DNA from: a virus | Taxonomy: Duplodnaviria > Caudoviricetes | DNA: 64,000 nt | Direction: 5' to 3' (one strand) | Virus record (IMG/VR): IMGVR_UViG_3300046664_000044 | Coordinates: 6 to 64,005 of that record | Part shown: one piece after another, positions 1 to 8,865 of the stretch | How the letters are laid out: each line of letters begins with the position of its first letter | Position numbering within the stretch: position 1 is the stretch's first letter | Made by a program: the position numbers and the translations under genes | Notes under the pieces: model-generated | Database searches by the model: none | What the model was told of the DNA's origin: nothing | The model's input: only the letters and a program-made list of their open reading frames with translations

Positions 1-732
1 TATTGCAGCTCGCCGTCAGGGAAGGCCACGCCGCTCGCCTCCATGTCGATGCCCTCGTTCATGTACACCGCCTCGTGCCACAGCGGCAGCATGAACTCCG
101 CGCTGCCCAGGCCGACGAAGAAGTCGTCCAGGCGATTGCGGCGTGCGCGCTGGCGCAGGAAGTTCGCCTCGAACTGACGGCGTGCGTTGCGGCGCACGCT
201 GCGGCGCTGCTCGGCCCCGTTCTCGCTTTCCAGCACGTTCGTCATCCACGACAGGCGCTCGGTCACTCCGTTCGCCCAATTCGGGAGCGTCGTGAACATC
301 GGAAGCGAAAACCTGTAGTCTGCTGGCGGCGGCAGATCATCATCGCTGATGGCCGAGTCGTCCAGCAGCCAGCCCTCGCGTGCTGACGAATAGATGATCT
401 CGTCGCCGCGCTTGATGACGAGGGTGAACCAGCACGGCGTATCCGCAGGGATGTTCTGAAGGATCACGTCCAGGCGGTAGTCGCCCTGCGGGATATTCAG
501 GTAGGCGGTCGTCGGATTGCCGAGCTGCGTGGACGCCACGAGGCGCATGTTGAGCTGCGATGGGCCGACCCACAACGTCGCCGCGTCGTCGGCATCAATC
601 GTCATCGTGTAGTTGCCATCCTCGAAGTGGAACCGGCGCGACAGGTAGTAGGTGTGATCGCCCAGCGCCGTGTCGATTGGGTCGGTCGGCGCGACCCGCT
701 TCTCTCCATCAGGAGGTGGCGGGTCGATGGCA
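1..732. repeat. Diverged direct repeat, copy 1 (copy 2 = 63269..64000)
   Basis: Manual alignment: colinear, no indels, about 60 substitutions in 732 bp. Identical blocks at 292-377 and 606-732. Confidence 0.95.
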
Positions 733-758
733 AAGTCGAATGGTGTGCGAAGGGTCAT
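1..758 (-). CDS. Tail protein downstream of tape measure (distal-tail/virion structural protein), 5' part, allele A; runs off window start
   Basis: ATG at 758 with SD GAGGA after the tape-measure stop. Open frame MTLRTPFDFAIDPPPP... to position 1, and paralog/allele of 62320..64000. Not in the ORF track because it has no stop. Confidence 0.85.
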   Translation of the reverse strand, partial: MTLRTPFDFAIDPPPPDGEKRVAPTDPIDTALGDHTYYLSRRFHFEDGNYTMTIDADDAATLWVGPSQLNMRLVASTQLGNPTTAYLNIPQGDYRLDVILQNIPADTPCWFTLVIKRGDEIIYSSAREGWLLDDSAISDDDLPPPADYRFSLPMFTTLPNWANGVTERLSWMTNVLESENGAEQRRSVRRNARRQFEANFLRQRARRNRLDDFFVGLGSAEFMLPLWHEAVYMNEGIDMEASGVAFPDGELQ

Positions 759-767
759 GTCTTCCTC

Positions 768-3700
768 TTACTTGATCATTTGTTTGATGGACGCGGCGTT
801 GCGGCGGATCGCCTGGACGATCACGCGGTCGCCGTCACTGCCGGACATCGCTTCAGGCACCGAGCTGCGGTCATCGACCAGTACCATGCGGATGCCCGCG
901 CCGCTATCACCGCCAGCCATGCCGCCGTTCATGCGATTGCGCGGATCGTCGCGGGTGATGACTTCCTCACCCTTCTGCAAAATCGCTGGCACTTCGTCCG
1001 GCTGAAGACCTGCCATGCCGCCCGTGTGATAGCGCGCTGCGCTGGCGAAGATCGCCGGATCGACGCGGCGGCTGAACGTGGAGTATTGACCCACCATGCC
1101 GCCCGTGTGCTTGCCGCCCGCGACCACGCCGCCGAGCTTCACAGCGCCCGCGCCGATGCCGCCGCCCCAGGACGCGATGGCGTTCAGGATGAGCTGCTTG
1201 GCGATTGCCAACGCGATGTCGCGCAGCAGGGATGCGAAGAACTGGCCCACCGCCGTCAGCGCGTTGCGGAAGCCTTTGCCGATGCTGTCCGCGCCGGTAG
1301 CCACGCGACCGACCGCCTCGCCAAGTTTCTCGAACGCGGTCAGGCCGTTGTTCGCCAGCGAGTTGACGATGGTGTCTTCAAGCTGCGTCGTCACCTGCTG
1401 TGCGTTCGCGGTGGCGAGCGCGAGCTGGTCAATGCCGTTGATCTGCTTCTGATACGACTCTGCGCTGATCGTGCCAAGTGCGAACTGCGTGTCGAGCTGT
1501 TCGCGCAGCGATTGCGTGATCGACAGAATCTTCTCCTGATACATCGTCTGCTGCTCGTTGAGCATCGCAGCCTGCTCTTCCGACGAGATCATGCCCAGCT
1601 TACGCATGGTGTCGATGCGCTCGATGTCGGCGGCCTGCTGTTGCAGCACGGTGTTGAGCTGCGTCTGCGTCAGCGCGAAGTTGTTTGCGGCGGTCGTGGC
1701 GTCCACGTTGGCCTTCGTCACGCCGTTTTTGATGGCCGCAGTCATGCGCTCGTACATCACCGGGTCGAGCATGGCCCGCGACTTCTCAAGGAAGTCCAGC
1801 GCAGTCTGACCAGCGGCTTGCAGGGCCGGGCCGGTTTCGGCCACCACGCGGTTCATCTCGGCGGTGCGTTCGGTCAGCGTGATCTGGCCCTGCTCGTACT
1901 TCGCGTTGATCTCGTCGAGCTGAATCTTCTGGATTTCCTGCTTCTTCGTGAAGGCGTCGTTCAGCTCATTGGCGCGCTCGCGGTACACGTTGGTCGCCGC
2001 GATCTGCTTGGCCTGCTCCTTCAGCGGTTCGAGCTGGGCCATCATGGTCTTCGCCATGCTTGCGCCAGCCGGGCCGGTGGCGGCCAGGGAGCGAATCTTC
2101 TTCTCGATCTCGGTGAAGGTCTTCTGCACCGCGTCTTCCGCAGCCTTCAGTTGATCCTCAATCGGAATCTGCAAGCCCTTCTGCTGCGCCAAGTCCTTCG
2201 CCAGCTTTGCCTGCAAGTCGAAGATCATGGCGTTCAGGTCTTCGGCCAGCTTCTTGCGACGTTCGGCTTCGGCAGTGCCAAGCTTGGCCTGCTCGTTGTT
2301 GAACTTCATCGTCTCGGCCAAGCGCGCCTTGCTCGCACGCTGGTCGATCTCGGTCATCGCCTTTGCCAGCGTGTCCGCGTCCTTGATGGTGGCCTTCGCC
2401 GCATCACGGCGGGTCTGGTATTCCTCGTCCACGATCTTCAGGCGCTCGTCCAGTTCTTCCTTGGCCGACTTCAGGCGTTGATGCTTGATCGCCGCGTCCA
2501 GCTTCGCGTCTTCCTTCGCCAGCTCGCCCTTCAGTGCGCGCAGTGCGTTCGCGTCGCTATGCAGATCGCCAGGGTCGGCGGTTGCAGCGGCAGCAGGGGC
2601 TTTCGGCTTGATGATCGAGGTGAGATCGACGCCTTTGTCCTTCGCTGTTTGCAGCGCCGCGTCCTGGGCCTTAATCGCCTTCACAGCGATGTCGCGCAGC
2701 CGGTCGTACTCTGCCTGCGTCTCTTTCTCCTTCTCGGTGCCACGGGCCTTGTCGCGGGCAGCAGCAGCCTTCTCGGCGTCGGCCACGGCCTTGTCGGTCG
2801 CGGCGATGGACTTCACGACGGTCTGCCGCACGTTGTCGTCCAGCTTGTCGAGGATCGCGGTCGTGACCTGATAGGCGGCCACAGCTGCGCCGATCACCGG
2901 CAGCGCACGGGCGACGAACAGCAGCGCGGAACCCACGCCCATGATTGCCGGTGCGAGGCGGGCCATCAGCGCGGCGAAGCCGGTTGCCTGCGTGCCTGCA
3001 ATTGCACTGGCCGCCGTGAACGCGCCGAGCTGCGTGTTCGCCGCAAGCATCGCTGCATTCCAGGCGGTGATCGGCGCGATGGCTGCGGTGAACAGCGTCG
3101 GCAGCGTGGTCAGGAACGACAGGAACTTCAGCGCCAGGATCGCGCCCATCACCACCTTGATCGTTTCGAGGTTGTCCACGAAAATCTGGATGGCGTTGAT
3201 GGCGAGCGTCAGGCCGTCCGCGATCAGCTTACCGAGCTTACCGGCGCTGCCGTCGTTCAGGAAGGTCGTCAGGCGATCCAGCAAGCCCTGGTAGGCGTCG
3301 ATAAAGCCGCTGTTGCCGATGTCGGTCAGGAACTTGTTGATCGCGTTCTCGAAGCGCGCCTGGGCGGCGGCCAGCTTCACGGTGCCGTCGTTCACACCGG
3401 CATACGCATCACCGAGCTGGCGGGCCACGGCCACGAGGATGTTCGCGCCGACCTGACCCTTCTCCATCATCTTCTGGAAGTCTTCGACGGCCACGCCTTG
3501 CGCCTTGGCGAAAATCTGCACCGCGCCCGGCAGCACGTCACCGAGCTGCTGGGTCAGTTCCTCGGCCTGAACTTTACCCTTGTTGAACATCTGCTCGATG
3601 GCCTTGAACACGCGCTCCGTGTCAGCGCCGGTCAGGTTCAGCGTCGCGGCGGTCTTGGCGAAGTTCTCGAAGATGAAGCGCGTCTCCTGCGTGTTCATGC

Positions 3701-5435
3701 CCGCCTGCTTCGCGGAGATGGCGAACTTTGCGAATGCAGGTGCGGTCTTGGCGAAGTTGATGCCGATGCGGTCGGCCTGCTCTTGCAGGTATTTGAATTC
3801 GTCGCCCGCCGCTTTCGCGTTGCCGTTGTTCTCCACCAGCAGGCGGGACATGATCCCCTGGTTCTCGTTGAAGGTGTCGATCACCTTGCCGCCGAGGCCG
3901 ATGGTCGCTTGCAGGCCGACGTAGGTTGCGATCAGCGACAGCAGCTCGCCGCGCATACGCTGGAAGAAGGACAGCGTGGTGCGGCCACCTTCGTTCGCGT
4001 CGTTGCTCGCTTGGCCGTAGCGGCGCACCTGATCCGCGAGCTGCGACATGGCGGAAGCACCACGGCCAGCTTCGGCCACGAGGCGGTCTTGCGCTTCGGT
4101 CAGGTTGCGCGTGTCGATGCCTGCGGCGCGCAGCGATGCCTGCGTTTCGCGTGCGCGGCCCGACACGTTGTTGAAGGACGCGGCGGCGCGGTCGAGGGTG
4201 TTCTGTGCGGCGCGCAGGCGCGAGGTGATGTCGTCGCCTCCACCGCCGTTGCGCATCTCCGTAACCAGGGCGGCCACGGCGGCGCGTGCAGTCACATACT
4301 CCTGCCGGGCGGCGCGCACGGCGGCGATCTGCCCATTGAAGGTGTCGAGCTGGCCCGCGATCTGCGCGAGCGAGCGCTGGGCGGCTGCGGCGTCCTGCAC
4401 GGCACCACGGTAATCGCGCACAGGGCCGCGCACGGCGGTCACGCGGGCTTCCAGGCGACCCATTGCTTCGGTCAGCCCGTCCACGGTGCGGATCGCGGCG
4501 CTGTTCGGGTCAGCGATGTCCTGCACCTGCTGGCGCACGGACGGCGTGCTCACCGGGCCGGTGCCTGCGGTCGCGGCGCTGCCGCTGGCGCGCATCTGGC
4601 GTTCGGCTGCGTCGGCAGCATCGCGCATCGCCTTGGCCTGCTTCTCGACGGCGGCAGTGCGCTTGTTGGCCTCGCGGGTGAACAGCGCTTCCAGATCGGC
4701 TTCGTGCTGCACGTCGCGCATCGCTGCGGCTTCGGTGGCTTCGCGTGCAGCCTTCGCTTCCTGCTCCTGGGCTTGCGCGGCTGCGCGCACGGCGTTGTTG
4801 AACACCACCTCGGCCTTGACCTGGGCGTGGCGTTCGTCCAGGCGGGCCTGGGCCTCGCGGCGGCTCTTCGCTGCGGCGTCGGCACCGTCAATCGCGGCTT
4901 CCTGTTTGGCGAGCGATGCGTTCGCAAGATCGACGGCTTCCGCGATGGTCTTCTGGCTATCGGCCACGGTCGCAGCTTTGATGCCGAAGGCGTCCATGCG
5001 GTTTGTCGTGTTGTTCACGCTGGCCTGGATGCGGTCATACGCACGTTCGGCGCTGGTGACTTCTTTGCCCAGGCGCTTCAGTTCGGCGGTCTGCTCCTTC
5101 GTGCGCTTGGCCGCAGGGTCGAGCGAGTCGGAGTAGTCCTTCTGCGCCTTGCGTGCAGCTTCGAGCCGGGCCTCGGTGTCGGCCAGCACTTGCGACTGCT
5201 GCTCGAAGAATTTGATGAGCGCCTGTTGTGACAAGAGCGCCCTGACAGCGCTCTCCATGCGGGTGTAACTTTTCTCAAGGTCGGCTACGGTGGCTTCGCC
5301 TTTTTCGGCGGCCTGCCGTTGCGCCTCCTGTGCCTTGGCGAGTTCCTTCAGGGCGTCGGCTACTTCCGTGGTCGTCTTCTTGGAGTAGTTCGTGGCCCTG
5401 ATCCGCAGTTCAACGTCTTGAGTTTGATTAGCCAT
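768..5435 (-). CDS. Tail tape measure protein (~1555 aa)
   Basis: Very long Ala-rich helical ORF after the tail chaperones. Likely start MANQTQDVELRIRA at 5435 overlaps the GT stop. Tape-measure domain (GKVQAEEL..QLGDVLPGA) and C-terminal HTGGM motifs. Confidence 0.95.
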   Translation of the reverse strand: MANQTQDVELRIRATNYSKKTTTEVADALKELAKAQEAQRQAAEKGEATVADLEKSYTRMESAVRALLSQQALIKFFEQQSQVLADTEARLEAARKAQKDYSDSLDPAAKRTKEQTAELKRLGKEVTSAERAYDRIQASVNNTTNRMDAFGIKAATVADSQKTIAEAVDLANASLAKQEAAIDGADAAAKSRREAQARLDERHAQVKAEVVFNNAVRAAAQAQEQEAKAAREATEAAAMRDVQHEADLEALFTREANKRTAAVEKQAKAMRDAADAAERQMRASGSAATAGTGPVSTPSVRQQVQDIADPNSAAIRTVDGLTEAMGRLEARVTAVRGPVRDYRGAVQDAAAAQRSLAQIAGQLDTFNGQIAAVRAARQEYVTARAAVAALVTEMRNGGGGDDITSRLRAAQNTLDRAAASFNNVSGRARETQASLRAAGIDTRNLTEAQDRLVAEAGRGASAMSQLADQVRRYGQASNDANEGGRTTLSFFQRMRGELLSLIATYVGLQATIGLGGKVIDTFNENQGIMSRLLVENNGNAKAAGDEFKYLQEQADRIGINFAKTAPAFAKFAISAKQAGMNTQETRFIFENFAKTAATLNLTGADTERVFKAIEQMFNKGKVQAEELTQQLGDVLPGAVQIFAKAQGVAVEDFQKMMEKGQVGANILVAVARQLGDAYAGVNDGTVKLAAAQARFENAINKFLTDIGNSGFIDAYQGLLDRLTTFLNDGSAGKLGKLIADGLTLAINAIQIFVDNLETIKVVMGAILALKFLSFLTTLPTLFTAAIAPITAWNAAMLAANTQLGAFTAASAIAGTQATGFAALMARLAPAIMGVGSALLFVARALPVIGAAVAAYQVTTAILDKLDDNVRQTVVKSIAATDKAVADAEKAAAARDKARGTEKEKETQAEYDRLRDIAVKAIKAQDAALQTAKDKGVDLTSIIKPKAPAAAATADPGDLHSDANALRALKGELAKEDAKLDAAIKHQRLKSAKEELDERLKIVDEEYQTRRDAAKATIKDADTLAKAMTEIDQRASKARLAETMKFNNEQAKLGTAEAERRKKLAEDLNAMIFDLQAKLAKDLAQQKGLQIPIEDQLKAAEDAVQKTFTEIEKKIRSLAATGPAGASMAKTMMAQLEPLKEQAKQIAATNVYRERANELNDAFTKKQEIQKIQLDEINAKYEQGQITLTERTAEMNRVVAETGPALQAAGQTALDFLEKSRAMLDPVMYERMTAAIKNGVTKANVDATTAANNFALTQTQLNTVLQQQAADIERIDTMRKLGMISSEEQAAMLNEQQTMYQEKILSITQSLREQLDTQFALGTISAESYQKQINGIDQLALATANAQQVTTQLEDTIVNSLANNGLTAFEKLGEAVGRVATGADSIGKGFRNALTAVGQFFASLLRDIALAIAKQLILNAIASWGGGIGAGAVKLGGVVAGGKHTGGMVGQYSTFSRRVDPAIFASAARYHTGGMAGLQPDEVPAILQKGEEVITRDDPRNRMNGGMAGGDSGAGIRMVLVDDRSSVPEAMSGSDGDRVIVQAIRRNAASIKQMIK

Positions 5436-5754
5436 TTTCGAGCTTTCGGATGAGGTCTTTGATGTTTTGGCCTGCCGCCCGGCCACCGTAACGCGAGGCC
5501 ATGACAGTAGAGAGGATGGTTACTTCGGTGACGTGATTGCGGTTGATCCGCTCTCTCACAAGGTCTGCTTCGTACCACAGTTTAGACAACGGATATCGGT
5601 TCGCATACGGATGCCCCTCGGAGAGAAGCAGCGATGCGGTCACGCGGAGCGACCTGTGGAATCGCTCGGCGCGTGAAAGGTGTTCTAGCCCCCGCTCAGA
5701 CTCGACGGACGCACTTGAGTCACCAGACCCATAAACTTGTCCAACAGCTTTTTT
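5428..5754 (-). CDS. Tail assembly chaperone GT extension (-1 frameshift product, ~230 aa fused to 5685..6119)
   Basis: The -1 frame is open from the slippery site through ORF 5428..5643 to its stop at 5428. Classic position before the tape measure. Confidence 0.85.
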   Translation of the reverse strand, partial: KKAVGQVYGSGDSSASVESERGLEHLSRAERFHRSLRVTASLLLSEGHPYANRYPLSKLWYEADLVRERINRNHVTEVTILSTVMASRYGGRAAGQNIKDLIRKLENG

Positions 5755-6119
5755 GCGCCGCCCGCTTCTTCAACGGTAAGCGTCCAGATCGCGTTCACCA
5801 GTTCGACTTGCAGGCCCACCGGGAAGGTGGAGACATGCTTGATCACTTCCGGCGTCACGACTTCATCTGCGCAGCGTGCGATGAGCGTGTGGCACAGCTC
5901 CGGTGCTTCGGAGATCAGGTGCACGGCGAACTTCGCGGCTTGCGCCATGACGGTGTTGCGTTTTTCTTCGTCGTCGTACAGCGCCATCAGGCGGTTCACT
6001 TCGACGAGGTGATCGCGGAAGATGAAGGTGATATCGTCCAGGGCCACACCGCGTACATCTACGGATGCGGCCCCGAACGTCACCGTGGTCTTCGGTACTA
6101 CAAAGTCCATGAGTGACAT
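5685..6119 (-). CDS. Tail assembly chaperone (lambda gpG analog)
   Basis: 144 aa between tail tube and tape measure; carries the slippery site; SD AAGGAG. Confidence 0.8.
   Translation of the reverse strand: MSLMDFVVPKTTVTFGAASVDVRGVALDDITFIFRDHLVEVNRLMALYDDEEKRNTVMAQAAKFAVHLISEAPELCHTLIARCADEVVTPEVIKHVSTFPVGLQVELVNAIWTLTVEEAGGAKKLLDKFMGLVTQVRPSSLSGG
5748..5754 (-). other. Programmed -1 ribosomal frameshift slippery heptamer A-AAA-AAG
   Basis: GCA AAA AAG codons near the 3' end of the chaperone gene, with an open -1 frame downstream. Confidence 0.85.
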
Positions 6120-6140
6120 TCGGGTTCTCCTTGTTATGGG

Positions 6141-6956
6141 TTAGGCTGCGGCCACGCCGTCGATGTACAGACGCTCGGTGGTGCCGTCCTTCTTCAGCAC
6201 TTCGCCGGTGAAGGACATCTGCTGCCACGTATCGCCTTTCAGCGCGAAGTCACCGTTCGGGGTGATCTTCACATACGGCCAGTAGTGGTCGCTGTTCGGG
6301 CCGACCGGGTTGTCCGCGACGTAGCGCAGCGCGCCGCGAATTTCCTTACCCTTCGAGACGACGATGGTGCGGGTGATGCCGCCCTGGTCGTAGGTCACGG
6401 ACAGCACATCGCCATCGACCAGATCAGGTGCGTCCGGTTCGATGTAGATGCGAGCGCGCACCAGATCAACGTCCACGTTGTTCGCGTTCGTGATCGGGCT
6501 AAGGGTCGGGTCGGTTGCCGGTGGGACTGGCGGTACGACTTTCGAGATGACCACGTTCGAGATCGAGCGGGTGCCGGATGGGGTGTCAGCATCGACGCCC
6601 ACCTGATACCACAGACCCTTCTTCACGACGATCTGGTTAGGATCGGTGACGCCCGGCGCGGCGGCCACGGTCAGCTTGTCAGCATCGCCGCCGTACCACA
6701 GCGCGAAGTTCGCGTTCTCGATGTTGTCGGTTGCGAAGGTCAGGGTCATGTCGTTGGAGATCGTGACCTGTTCGTCCTTCACGTTCATGCCCTGGTCGGC
6801 GTCGATGTGATCCAGGGTGTCCTGGGATTGCGCGGACGACAGCTCCGGGGTGTTGCCGAAGTAGCGCTCACCGATGCCGACGGTCTTGCCCGGCTCGATC
6901 AGATCGAAGTACAGCTTGCCCTTACCGAGCACATAATTTTTACCTGGGCCTGCCAT
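6141..6956 (-). CDS. Major tail (tube) protein
   Basis: 271 aa; YVLGKGKLYF...ERYFGNTPEL...P.GDFALKGD.WQQMSF pattern of Chi-like tube proteins; synteny. Confidence 0.85.
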   Translation of the reverse strand: MAGPGKNYVLGKGKLYFDLIEPGKTVGIGERYFGNTPELSSAQSQDTLDHIDADQGMNVKDEQVTISNDMTLTFATDNIENANFALWYGGDADKLTVAAAPGVTDPNQIVVKKGLWYQVGVDADTPSGTRSISNVVISKVVPPVPPATDPTLSPITNANNVDVDLVRARIYIEPDAPDLVDGDVLSVTYDQGGITRTIVVSKGKEIRGALRYVADNPVGPNSDHYWPYVKITPNGDFALKGDTWQQMSFTGEVLKKDGTTERLYIDGVAAA

Positions 6957-7008
6957 AGTAGTTCTCCTTAAAAGGTCGTTTCAATTACAGGGAATGCGAG
7001 CGGTTCTT

Positions 7009-7533
7009 CTACTCGCCTATCTCTACTGCCATACCGACTCGGATAGGCAAGTAGAAGAATGCAAAGCTCGATACTTGCGCCTCTGGCGGGCGTACCACCG
7101 GAGCGCCAATCTCGACGGACGATATCTTACCATCGAGCATATAGGTGCCTGGATAAGCAGCCCTGCCCCCGTCCTTCAGCGCGCTAATACGGGCCAAACG
7201 CCGCTCCACGTCTTGCAAAAGGAAGTAGGCGTCGTCTTTGGTGTTTGCAGTTTTGTCGTCCTGGGTCAAGCCCTGGATCAGCAGCGTCCAGTTGTCGGCG
7301 CGGCCCTGGCCGTCGTCAGCGAAGAACGCGATGTCGGGACGCGGCGCTTCCAGTACCGACAGGATGGCAGGGTTGGGCCGGTGTTCGGAGCCGATCAAGA
7401 CCACGCTGCGCAGCACCTTGTTCGTGTCCATGTCGAAGGCGTCGCCCTCGGCGGTCTTGATGGTGGCGAGCAGTTCTTGAATCGCCCTGATCACGGCCAG
7501 TCGTTTCGGCAGTGGGCGGGTTGGGTCTGTCAT
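7009..7533 (-). CDS. Putative tail terminator/completion protein
   Basis: 174 aa immediately before the tube gene; synteny. Confidence 0.6.
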   Translation of the reverse strand: MTDPTRPLPKRLAVIRAIQELLATIKTAEGDAFDMDTNKVLRSVVLIGSEHRPNPAILSVLEAPRPDIAFFADDGQGRADNWTLLIQGLTQDDKTANTKDDAYFLLQDVERRLARISALKDGGRAAYPGTYMLDGKISSVEIGAPVVRPPEAQVSSFAFFYLPIRVGMAVEIGE

Positions 7534-8117
7534 TTCGAGAGCCTTTCAAATTGTCGGAAAAATTCAGTAGTGACCATCGTGCCGATTGGAGCGGCCACCT
7601 TCTCGCTCGTGGTGCGGAACACCTGATCCACGGACGGGCCGTAGAGCAGCGCCACCTTGTCCGGTATCAGCCACGAGGTCACAGCTTTGTTCTTGTTGTC
7701 GAACGGCTTCTGGTGCGTGAGCCGCATTGCGAGGCCCACGTTGCCGTTCTTCAGGCGCACCAGCCACGCCTTGTTGAACATGCGGCCACCGCCTTGCGCC
7801 GACACCTGCACGTTCACACCGGCTTGCAGGCGCGAGCCGATGGGCGTGCCGGGCGTTGCGAAGCGTGCGAGGGATGTAGGCCGCTCGCGTGCGCCGATGA
7901 CGGCTTCCAGTTGTCCAGGCTTGGCCTTCTGCGTGACGCGCAGGCGGTCGCTGGTGAGGTAGTCCTTCGGGAACCGGATGTGTTCCAGAATGTCGTTCTT
8001 GATAAGAGAAAGGCCGCCACGTGTGGCGACCTGATTGATGGCGAGCTGCGCGGCCTTCTCGACTACATCCGGCAGATGGTCGATGAACGCGGCAGTGTCA
8101 AGGAGCGAGTCCGGCAT
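7530..8117 (-). CDS. Putative neck/minor tail protein (lambda gpZ-like)
   Basis: 195 aa, basic; LYGPSVDQVF motif; position in the neck block. Confidence 0.65.
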   Translation of the reverse strand: MPDSLLDTAAFIDHLPDVVEKAAQLAINQVATRGGLSLIKNDILEHIRFPKDYLTSDRLRVTQKAKPGQLEAVIGARERPTSLARFATPGTPIGSRLQAGVNVQVSAQGGGRMFNKAWLVRLKNGNVGLAMRLTHQKPFDNKNKAVTSWLIPDKVALLYGPSVDQVFRTTSEKVAAPIGTMVTTEFFRQFERLSK

Positions 8118-8469
8118 GGAGTTTCCCCACGCGCCAAACTTCGTTGACTGGCCCTGGCTGATCTTCCTGCGTGTCGATCACAAGGACAGTCTCAAAGCCC
8201 GGCGCTTTAACGGTAAGACGGCCACCGGCTGCGACAGTAACGCCTTTCGCCAGCAGCTCGTCTTTGTCGAAGATGGCCTTCTCGATCAGGTCGATGATCA
8301 TGGCATAGCCAGTGTTCTCGATGTCACCGATTGGGGCTTGCTTGTAGTGCCAGCGGACTCGCAGCTCGACCGGCGCAGCCAGCGTGCCGTCCACGTACTC
8401 GCACGCGAACGCGAACGTGTTGTGAACCTTGCGGCGGCTGCGAGCGATGAGAGCTGCGAAGTCGGCCAT
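8098..8469 (-). CDS. Head-tail joining protein (lambda gpFII-like)
   Basis: 123 aa, beta-rich; position after the capsid genes. Confidence 0.6.
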   Translation of the reverse strand: MADFAALIARSRRKVHNTFAFACEYVDGTLAAPVELRVRWHYKQAPIGDIENTGYAMIIDLIEKAIFDKDELLAKGVTVAAGGRLTVKAPGFETVLVIDTQEDQPGPVNEVWRVGKLHAGLAP

Positions 8470-8471
8470 GA

Positions 8472-8804
8472 TTACAACTCTTCTTCCTCGCCGCCAGCGC
8501 CGCCCTGGTCGCCTTCACCGGCACCAGCGCCGTCGCCTTCAGGCTTCGCGTCGGTCTTGCCCTGCTGCTTGCCCTGCTGCTTGCCGCCCTGCTGCTTGCC
8601 ACCCTTGCCGGTGTCGGTCTTCGGCGCTTCGATGGTCTGCACGGATTCGCTCTCGTCGCGTGGGGTGCGGATGGAGTCGGGCGAGCTGGCCTTCAGGTCT
8701 TCCAGTTCTTTCGCGGTGAAGTCGAAAGCTTTACCGGCAGGGATGCGCACGCGCTTACCTTCGCGGTACAGGATGATGGTGTTATTGGCGATACGTTTAG
8801 GCAT
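8472..8804 (-). CDS. Protein after major capsid gene (gpFI-like position) with low-complexity GKQQ repeats; ends EEEEL
   Basis: 110 aa, SD AAGGAG; synteny only. Confidence 0.6.
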   Translation of the reverse strand: MPKRIANNTIILYREGKRVRIPAGKAFDFTAKELEDLKASSPDSIRTPRDESESVQTIEAPKTDTGKGGKQQGGKQQGKQQGKTDAKPEGDGAGAGEGDQGGAGGEEEEL

Positions 8805-8830
8805 GGTGTTCTCCTTGGAGTCTATGAAGT

Positions 8831-8854
8831 AGGCCGAGGTGTTACCCCCGGCCT
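8831..8854 (-). terminator. GC stem-loop after major capsid gene (terminator or mRNA stabiliser)
   Basis: AGGCCGGGGGT-AAC-ACCTCGGCCT on the minus strand; weak U tail. Confidence 0.45.
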
Positions 8855-8865
8855 TGTGTCACTGC

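Noticed and set aside
1-732. Diversity-generating retroelement (TR/VR pair) in a tail gene
   Set aside because: Differences involve all four bases and are mostly synonymous or conservative rather than adenine-specific. The repeat is not at a gene 3' end, and no reverse transcriptase is present.
627-5231. 1534-aa plus-strand ORF and other long antisense ORFs (e.g. 13759..15801, 23590..25515, 29872..31770, 55404..57410)
   Set aside because: Shadow frames opposite well-supported genes, caused by GC-rich codon bias that lacks antisense stops. No SDs or recognisable motifs.
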